A program made the position numbers and the translations under genes. Shown piece by piece: positions 33,100 through 41,780 of a stretch of DNA of 41,780 bases. The stretch's first letter is position 1. Every line of letters starts with the position of its first letter. The notes below the pieces were generated by a model. It searched no databases. It was not told the origin of the DNA and saw only the letters and a program-made list of their open reading frames with translations. This DNA comes from Catajapyx aquilonaris (lineage: Eukaryota), in the NCBI GenBank assembly GCA_000934665.2, contig JYFJ02003446.1, positions 1 through 41,780 on the forward strand. Direction: 5' to 3'.

Positions 33100-35232
33100 T
33101 CAAACAACTCTCAAAGGCTTACCAAAAAACTCGTTATCCTACGTTATTCACAAGAGTTGTACATCCAGTGCTTTCCTTAGAACAAGAACTCACTTTGGGT
33201 CCAATATACAAAATAAAACGTTGGGACAAACAGAAAACACAAAATTCAATTAATTACACTCCATTTTCAAGGAGTTCCAACAGTTTTGATGGGTTATATA
33301 TACATGGCTTGTTTCAGAAATTACGGCCACACCCTAAGAGCTGATGGTTGGCACACGGTACAAAAAAATTTATATACATGTTGGTATGTCACAATAATTC
33401 CATTTTTCCAGTCACAGCAATAACATTATTGAAGCAGAAATCTTCTGCGACTGATAACATCTATGATAATTAGAGATGAGATCATAGTCAGTGGTCAACT
33501 TTGAAGAATCTTGCTCGGATACAGAGACACTTATGTAATGGTAATGCTGTGAGCATCTAGCCTTAATTCAAAAGATGTACGAATTTTTACGACCTGCTAT
33601 CAATTGTGTCATTTCTCTTGGAGAATGTTGCCACAATTTCTAAAACACTCAATGTATTTATATGCATATAATAATCTATGTGTATATATTATATATTTAT
33701 AAAATGGTATTCTGCAACTTATGGGGTATGCAAAAACATTTTTTACTTCACATTTTAGTAGCTTTTTTTTCAAAGGCTCCAGTCATACACCAGCAGTGCA
33801 CTTTTAATTGAGAAAAGAGTCTTCAAAAAAAACTTTTGTTTTTAACATAACCAAACACTTCTTCACATTCTCCCCCACTACAAACAGAACACTACTTAGG
33901 TGAGGTATACAACTTCTTTTCCTCCATTTACTCTTTTTAATCAAATTGGGATTGCCAAGTCCTCTAGACTCCATTACTAAAATACTATGGTTTGTAAATT
34001 TGTACACTAGGCTGATTTTCTATAGTCAACTATGTACAAAAAAGTAAAAGGAAATGAACTTTATGTACACACATTGTTAAGGCCAATTGCTTTTGTCCGT
34101 CACAATGGCCAGGGAGAAACAATAATTATAATAAACAAAAAATCTCTCCCATCATCAGCAATAAACAAACAAAAGGCTGTCTGTGATCCCCTGGGGGCTA
34201 TGGGGATTGTAAAAATTAACACAACTGATTGTTTTAACACTGTTATCACAAGATTTTGGAGGCGGCTTCTCCAAAACTTAAACGGGTTGACAATATACCT
34301 CACTTGACTCAAAACACATTCACACTACATGAAAAAAAAATAAGGGAGGGCAGGGGGGGGAGGACAGTATTTGCATGATAATCACATGATAAAAACCGCT
34401 CATAAAACTCTTTTCACATTATATACAAAAAAGTGGTTTTCATTGACAATAGAAAGGGGCAAAAAATGGTCAACAACAGGCTTGGTTAATAAGAAAAATA
34501 TTAAATTACAGTGATATTTTGCAAGGCAAAAAGGGGGAGGAAAGAACTAAATAGAAGCAAAGATGTCTAAAAAAACAAATAACTCCCTTTTCAAAACTTT
34601 ACAATTGCCTGAGAGAAAGGCTGTGTTTTCACTAAATACACAGCAAATTTTAGTAGCACAGTAGCTACCTGCATTAAAAAGTTTGTATTATGTCCTGTTT
34701 TTCTCCATTGCTGTGCGTTTTTATCATCAATCCCCCACCCCCTCCCCCCGCCACATTAAAAAAAAACATCTGTTATTTTTGCAGCCACAGCACCACTTTT
34801 AAAAGTTCACTTTGGTATCTTTCATCATTTTTTCATCATTTGCCCCCATCCCTTACTGGCCTCTCTTTATGGCAGGCAGGGCAAAGCAGACCGAATATCT
34901 GAGTTACACTTTTCTCCATTTCCTTGAAGGGAGCTAGGACAACTTACACTTACAGTCTCCATGAGTGCAATTATGGGGGGAGCAAAACCAAACGCACAAT
35001 TCTTTCTGTTTTGTTATAACAGGCAACAACGGTTCAGCCTCCGATTCTCTCACAAAACATGATTTGATTCCCTATTTTTGTCTGTCCGCTGGCTGCCTCC
35101 TCTTCTTTGTTGGGTAGGTGGGTTTCTTCATTAAGCCTTCTGACTTCTTGCATAAGAAGAAAACAAAAAGAAATGTAAAAAAAAAACACATTGCACTAAG
35201 CCCTGGTGTGTCAACAGCAATTCTCAATCGGG
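33100..35232 (-). other. Probable long U-rich 3'UTR of gene 1; 3' end approximate
   Basis: Follows the TGA at 35233; no recognisable transposon; many A-tracts on the + strand, so U-rich in the mRNA. Confidence 0.5.
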
Positions 35233-35291
35233 TCACTTGGTGTCTTTAGACAGGCGTCGCCTTTTGTTTGTTGGCAGTTCTGCATCTGTAA
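35233..35291 (-). CDS. Gene 1 terminal coding exon (VTDAELPTNKRRRLSKDTK*)
   Basis: Acceptor ttgttacAG, phase 1, matching the donor at 38776; NLS-like KRRR; TGA stop. Confidence 0.7.
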
Positions 35292-35621
35292 CTGTAACAA
35301 CATTTCCGTTAATTTCCTCAATATTCTTTAATAATGTATTGTTAGCATCACACTACTCCAAAATTTGATGCACACCCATATCATGTAAGTGATCTGATCA
35401 GTTCTCTCTGAGTATCCTGAATATCTTCCATAAAGCACTGCTTGAATAGTTCAGTGATGAATATCTCCTCCTAACAATACAATTTCATGCTCAACTGATA
35501 CACTGTGGAAAAGGAATAACAGCTCAATTTGGACATTTCAGTTACTGCACCACCATCATGTAGTGAACGCCCATAAGATTGCACTACATCACAATAGAAC
35601 AGCATATGGCTCCCCTGAGGG

Positions 35622-35690
35622 CAGTGGTTCTCAAACTGTGGGGTGCGCGAAGGGGTGCCTGGGGAGCTGGGGGGGGCGCAGGGTGAATCC
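35622..35690 (+). mobile_element. hAT (Charlie/Buster-like) left terminus
   Basis: CAGTGGTTCTCAAACTGTGGGGTGCG; no matching right end found. Confidence 0.55.
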
Positions 35691-36238
35691 AGAAATTATG
35701 TGCATCTGTATAAGGGCAAGTTAAGTGAAAGTGAGCCAAGGGACTATGTCTGAAAGCATGGTCGAATCTTAAATTTTTAGTCCAGGTGCAACGTTTATAC
35801 TCCAGTCTTTCATCTGGTATCCTGACAACTGGCTGCTGGTCAATTCGCTGCCGTGTCATTTCGCTGCCGTCAAATTGGCTGCTGATTACATTGGCTGTGG
35901 TCAGAGTTGCTGGATCAAATAGTTATGTACATAAGCTTTTTGCAGAATATAAATCAGAGTATATAAATGCAAACTTGGCGTTTGTTAATGGAAACGGTTG
36001 TTCCTGTTGAGTTGGTGTCATCTGTATGACTTTGGAGTGACCGCACCAGTACTGTCTGTCTTGTTTCCCTGTCAGGCACGGTACGTCACACTGCATGATG
36101 ATTTTAGTGAATTGTGGGGCGTTAGCGGATAGGCGCTTATTGTGAGTTTTGAATGCAATGTTTACTGCCCATCTTGTGGCGCCACAGGCCAATGAGCGTT
36201 ACTGTGGCTTTGCCAAACTTCAAGCTCACGCTGACACA

Positions 36239-37243
36239 CAGTGAAACCTGCACATTATGGACCATGGGTATAGCGAAAACCTATCCATTGCTGAATTTTT
36301 TTCTGGGAAATGGGCATATGCATAGGGCATGCAATGTGTTTCTGACGTATATTACGGAACCTGCCCAACGCGAAAACGGAAGGGATTTTTGGCTCCCTCA
36401 GAGAAAATCTCGGTTCATAACGGAAATCAAAAGGTTCACATTACCTCCTGCGAATCACAAAAATAGAAACTACAGCCGGGTTCACTCTCGGCCCTCCCAG
36501 GAGGCCTCTGAGTAACCCTTCCTGGACCATCAGACACCATACTGTGTCTCATAATTGCTGTAATTGCTACCAGATCGTGGCCTTGAAAATAGGCCTATTT
36601 GAAAAGGTGACTTTTTGGTTGGAAAATGTACAGAGGGCTTGCGGGAGGGCCAGGAACATTCCAAGTTGTGATTTGTAGGGGCCTTGGCTTTCAGTTTATT
36701 TCACTGTTCAGTCCAGTTTTAAATGTCGGTGAAGAGGAAGGGGTTGACACAGGGTCAATGTATAGCCGTGCCCGGGCCGATGGTTCAATAGAGCAGGCAA
36801 AATTAATAGCCCAAGAACTTGGTGTGGTAAAATTTAGTGCTTCAAATGGGTGCCTGGAATGTTTTCGCAACAGGCACAGAATTTCGTGGAAAACTGTGGT
36901 GATGCAAGTGTCACGAATCTCAAAGTAGAAAATTGGAAAGAGAAGGTGGGAAGCGTTTGTTTGGGGTATTCCAAGGAGGACATTTACAACTGCAACGAAG
37001 CTGACATTTTTTAGATGTGCTATACTGTACGCCAGGCAAAACAAATTATTCAACAAAAATGCTACTGTATGGACTGATTTTGCACCATATTGAGGTAAGG
37101 TGCTTATTTTTGCTCTCCCATTTTCCTCACTTTCTCATTGGAAAAAATATCAGTATCATCCTTGATCTGAATATAGCGGAAACCTATCCATTACGAAAAA
37201 AATTTGGAGTCCAGTGCGATTCCGCAATACACAGGTTTCACTG
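36239..37243 (+). mobile_element. Internally deleted pogo/Tigger transposon with a CENP-B-type HTH remnant
   Basis: TIR CAGTGAAACCTG / CAGGTTTCACTG|TA; encodes EQAKLIAQELGVVKFSASNGCLECFRNRHRI and YSKEDIYNCNE. Confidence 0.88.
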
Positions 37244-37870
37244 TATAATTAATTTTGCTCTCACGTTCAATTGATGTTTTATTACGAATTATTTGGTGCA
37301 CACCAGCCAATCCTGTTTGAGAACATTGTCGATGTTCCAAACAATAATGATATTTCGGTTTGTACTTGGTTTGAACTCTACTTGTACTTTATGCGCTTTG
37401 ATTTACATTCTGCAAAATCCTTATGCTCATAGCCATTTGATCCAGCAACTGTGATTGCAGCCAAGTTAATCAGCAACCAAAACGCAGCAGCCAATTTGAA
37501 CACAGCGAGTTGCGCAGCAGCGAAATGCCATAGTGGAGTGCAAATTACTTACTTGGGAGTGCTTAATTTTAAATTACTAGGTTATGCCAAGTTAAAAAGC
37601 AGGGCCAACTGGCATGCAAATGTTACACTCCAAGGCTCAGTTCAGAGTGCAGATAACAATATATTTTGGTGTGCAAATTGCACCTTTACATCCTAATGTT
37701 TCAACCCCTGTGAAAGTATTACTTTTATGTCAAAAAAAGATCGCAAAACCCTACATCAAGGCACTTGTACTGATGAACGAGCCTGATGATTCTACTCTCA
37801 CATAAATCTCTTGGTTGCTGCATCAGAATTAGCGTAATTGCCTTACGGACATTAGCATCCAACTTTTTGA

Positions 37871-38138
37871 CGTGGATACGTCTTTAAAATCGGATCAGGG
37901 GGCATGCAGGCAAACTCGACCGTGGTCGAGTACAGAAAAGAGTTACAGCAGGGTCCTGCCAGGGGGCCCATGGCGGGGCATGCAGGCAAACTCGAGCCAG
38001 AAAAGCGCTAGTCTATTATAACCGAGTCTGCTCTAACCAAGTATGCTATAACCGACGCTTTTCTGTAACGCTCGAGTTTGCCTGCATGCCCCCTGATCCA
38101 ATTTTAAAGATGTATCCACGCCTGCATGCCCCCGCCAT
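37871..38138. repeat. Interlocked inverted repeats, probably a rearranged MITE
   Basis: 37871-37919 is inverted at 38072-38120; 37970-37987 is inverted at 38120-38138. Confidence 0.75.
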
Positions 38139-38775
38139 TATAGTCTAGAAAAGGGAAACATAATGTAGGTTGAGCCCGCAAAAGCTGCGGCTTGTGTCCC
38201 CGACACAACATAATGTAATTTTTTTTTTACTGCAAGGGACCATTACTGATTGAGTACACTGAACATGGGGACTGTCAATGCTCCCAACTTTGTGGCTTAT
38301 TATTAGTAGGTGTCACCTCGTTGCATTACAATGCGTGCCTCCACGTCACTAATGTGACTGAAAAAACTGTGGAAGTTCAAGTGGGAAAGCCTTGCACATC
38401 CTCCCTACATCCCAGACATTTAGCCTTGAGACTTTCCCACTTTCAGTGGGTCAAAAAAGCAGCTGAAGATTTGCATCAGAGACTGATGTCCAGGAGGCAT
38501 GTACACTAATTCTGATGCAGCAACCAAGCAACTTCTATGAGCATGGAATCACTAGGCTCATTCAAAGAGTATACTTTTCAATATAATTACATTGGCTCAC
38601 TTTCATTCACCTTGGTCTTATCTTATTATCCTAGGAAATACTGTAAAACTTGTGTGCAGCAGAATAATTCCATTCCGCAAAATTGCTATGAGCCGCCAAA
38701 TGCAGATTCTAGTGTGTGCAAAGGAGGTGATAAATTTTCTAGTGTTAACCTTTGCAAAAATATTATTGCACTAAC

Positions 38776-39080
38776 CTGTTGGTCCACTACTCCTGGTCTT
38801 TCTCCTGGTGTTAACCTCACTTTCTACCTCTCTTGACCTAAGCTGACCTCTTCCTGCCTTGCTGGTCCCTCCGGTCACTGGTGTCTGCCCCTGAGATGAT
38901 GCCCTCTCTGTCCCTGTTGCTCCCAATGTTGCTGCCACCACTGGTGCCACTGCTTCTACCTTGCTCCCACTTTCCTTGCTACCCTTCACTCCAGCCTGTC
39001 GACCTGATCTCCTAGGAGGAGTGTCCTCTCTCGAGTCCAAGCCACCTCGATGAGGTCTACGATGATTGACTCGGACTGAT
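38776..39080 (-). CDS. Gene 1 penultimate coding exon (Arg/Ser/Gly-rich, likely disordered); gene unidentified
   Basis: Acceptor actttcttcttcAG, donor CAG|GTTAGT, 305-nt open frame SVRVNHRRPHRGG...RRKTRSSGPT. Confidence 0.78.
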
Positions 39081-39655
39081 CTGAAGAAGAAAGTTGGGAT
39101 TCAACACCTTAGCTATTTCTTCTGGTATTATGATTAATTTTGGGATGTCCAACATACTCGTAGTTGAATGTCTGGTTCTGCCAATAGGACATTATGAAAC
39201 ATGTTCAATAATGTTGTGGCAAAAGGAGACATGTGACAAAATAGGAAATTATATTGCTGTAACATTTTCTGCATAGATTTTCACTTTTGTAACATCTGAT
39301 TTTGCAAGCAATAAAATGTCAATATTTCATCTCTGAGTTGCATGTGCAGTGATATTATATGCTTGCTCTTTGAGCTGGACCGTAATATTTTATAACTACA
39401 GTAGAACCCTGTTTATCCAACTCCTTGCTTATCTGACTGTCCCACTCCGGCAATAAAATCTATGTTTTCTCATGAAATACTGTAATATTCTACAGATTAG
39501 TTTGTTTTGCCTTAGTTAAATTGTCAATACAGTACAGTATAGCGTGTGTGTAAAAGAAAAATACTTCACTTCTTCTTAGAAAACCATAATGTTGTACATT
39601 ATTTCCGGTTTTTGTTTTTTTGTGTCTTATTAAAGGTTTCCTACTCCTCGGATTA

Positions 39656-40658
39656 CACTATGCAACAAAATTTGACTTTTTTTGTCCATGGAAATTCATC
39701 GTCATATTCATGTTCCTTAGGTCACAAGTAACTCACCAAGAGTTCTGCTATTATATATAATAGCAGAACTCTTTGGTAACTCATAATGGCAATGGGCATT
39801 CATTTTGTCTTTGATTTGTTTTTGACCTCGAGGCGGTCAAAAAACCAAAGTCCTCAATTATAGCAGTTTCTTCCCAATAAAGTGGGCCTAAATGTTGTTA
39901 AACCATCTCGGATTTTTCTGAAAATAATCACAGCTGCCCACACCTAAGCTGTAACACTTCATATCAAGTTTCATCCAAATTGCAAAATACCATGGGGAGG
40001 GAAAAAATCGCGAAATTTTGAAAATTGGGCCTTTTTTGGATAGTTTTTTTCAGTTATTGGAAGTTTAGTCGTCAAAACTCAAACAACATATACATCAAAT
40101 GAGAGAGAAATGCGAGTAGAATGCATCTATGGAATTGGTTTTTTTTGTCAAATGCACTGAGAACAACAAGTGTGATTCCATCGGTCACATGCTCAGTAAC
40201 ATGTCCAAGTGTTTAGACCCCAAAAATTAGTGATGTATAGAGAACGGATTTCTAGGTTTTTACCTACTTTTTCTTTTGTAGGCAGAACACCGGAACCAAA
40301 ATATCTATCGGTTTCATAACACAAGGACCTCAAAAATCGTAGTTTTATAGAACCTAAAAATGCCTATTTCGGGTGTTGGGACCTAAATGGCCTATTAGCA
40401 CCTATTAGTGCCTATTTCGACCTTTTTCACGCCATTCGGTAAGATTTTCGAAAGTTCTGCAGGTTTTCCATTCAAGGAATCCCTCCCACCTCAACCTGTG
40501 ACGAGAGAAGAAGCGTTTGATGGGTAAGATCCTGGGAAATATGCCCGAGGTCAAAAACAAATCAAAGATAAAATGAATGCCCATTATGAGTTACTTGTGA
40601 CCTAAGGAACACGAATATGACAATGAATTTCCATAGACAAATATCGTGTTGCATAGTG
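39656..40658. mobile_element. CMC-superfamily (Chapaev3/CACTA-like) non-autonomous element
   Basis: CACTATGCAACA...TGTTGCATAGTG termini, ~110-bp inverted arms, 3-bp TTA duplication. Confidence 0.85.
39736..39775. mobile_element. 40-bp palindromic mini-MITE with 8-bp TSD (P- or hAT-like)
   Basis: CCAAGAGTTCTGCTATTATATATAATAGCAGAACTCTTTG; TSD GTAACTCA; absent from the opposite arm of the host element. Confidence 0.85.
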
Positions 40659-40737
40659 TTATCTGACATTTCCGGTTATCCGACGATGCCCCAGTCCCAT
40701 GGGTGATGGATAATCAGGGTTCTACTTTGTCTAAGCG

Positions 40738-40870
40738 CAGAGGTTCGCAAACTTTTTGAGTTGCGGAGCACTGAATGGGTATAGCTTTTTTTCTCAACCT
40801 CTTCGCGGAGCACTTGGAGAAGCTTCACGGAGCACCAAGTGCTCTGCGGAACACAGTGTGGAAACCTCTG
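40738..40870. mobile_element. hAT (Charlie/Buster-like) MITE
   Basis: CAGAGGTTCGCAAACT...AGTGTGGAAACCTCTG; near-perfect 8-bp TSD GTCTAAG(C)G / GTCTAAGG. Confidence 0.85.
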
Positions 40871-41094
40871 GTCTAAGGGATCAGTTTCATGCCAATTCAG
40901 AATCGAACAAATACAGGGTGTTCCAGTTTTGTGGGTCACTTTTTGATAACTGATATCGCTCGATAGCAGTTATTCTTTTGTAGCTTGTTATGCCCCTAAC
41001 CATTTGCTCCATTCTATAACTACTGCTATATTCGACCCCCAATTGCAGGCATACAAGACTACTAGGGAAGGATGGGGTAGTAATAAATTCATTT

Positions 41095-41096
<2 letters not shown>

Positions 41097-41156
<60 letters not shown>
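41097..41156. repeat. (TA)n microsatellite
   Basis: Directly visible. Confidence 0.98.
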
Positions 41157-41165
<9 letters not shown>

Positions 41166-41780
41166 TTTTAATGGGTGGAAAAATCTTTTAAAAAGCAACT
41201 GAGAACCTCGACCCCCATGCTGCAAAAATTCATCGGCTTAATTTATCTTTTTCTAACTTTTTATGTGACTAAATATGTCTAAAGACCCCCATGTCAAGGC
41301 CTGAAGCCTACCAGGGTTAAATAACCTGAACTAAACTATGTCTAAAGAAAACTTATTAAACCCAAAGTTGCACTTTTTTTGCAAAAATGCCAAACTTTGG
41401 TGACACCTTTTTTTAAAAAAAATTTCAAAAACCCAATCTTGTATGCAATAAAAGGGCTTTCAAGTTTGTTTTTTTTACTTCCCTCACATATAGGGGTGAG
41501 CTAGACAAAATAGGTTTTTCATTGCAACAATTTTAGTTATTTAATTGCGTAATATGGAACATATTTTTTACTTTCCAGATTAAATTCTCAATAATTTTGG
41601 CCATGGTTATAGAAGACTCAGGTTAGGTCACTCCCACCCACCCCCTGCCGAGGGGGTTTTGCAGTGGTTGCTCACCTGAGAGCGCCATGAGACGTTTCCC
41701 GGAGCAATTATGTGGCGACCCTACCGGACTAGGCTGAACTTTATAGGTACAAAAGGGAAGCGCTACATTGGGGGACCCAA

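Larger units (their letters stand above)
39399..40727. mobile_element. Tigger/pogo-type MITE hosting nested insertions
   Basis: TA|CAGTAGAACCCTG...CAGGGTTCTACT; repeated TTATCCGAC-like subterminal motifs. Confidence 0.7.

Noticed and set aside
35233..39080. Assigning a gene symbol to gene 1
   Set aside because: Only a disordered basic C-terminus is visible, which is not diagnostic
41280..41320. piggyBac-like end (AGGG|TTAA)
   Set aside because: No matching opposite terminus found
41620..41780. CAG|GTGAGC at ~41677 as the upstream coding exon of gene 1
   Set aside because: The required phase-2 frame has a TAA about 33 nt upstream with no acceptor in between; the GC-rich stretch is truncated and unassignable

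Overview
Eukaryotic animal genomic DNA, most likely from an arthropod-type invertebrate. That guess rests on the repeat families, a TTAGG array and the intron style; the species cannot be determined. Three minus-strand transcription units can be partly reconstructed from splice sites. (1) The last two coding exons and a long U-rich 3'UTR of an unidentified nuclear protein (39080-38776, 35291-35233). (2) A complete, phase-consistent 5-exon model (30798-30368, 23807-23566, 23390-23237, 23052-21991, 20659-18502; 1348 aa) joining five separate ORFs. It encodes a low-complexity protein with no domain I recognise, but with a PAM2-like motif, a PPPPGF motif and a Q/P/Y/H-rich tract. (3) The probable 5' exons of a third gene (16505-16235, 938-871). 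The rest is dense in transposons: Tc1/mariner and pogo/Tigger remnants and foldback MITEs; Kolobok-, hAT-, Chapaev/CACTA- and P-like MITEs, several nested; DINE-1/HINE-like elements; two tRNA-derived SINE families sharing one structured 3' tail; an RTE-derived short retroposon whose 5' half folds like an HDV-type ribozyme; and many microsatellites. All homology calls are from pattern recognition, not database searches.
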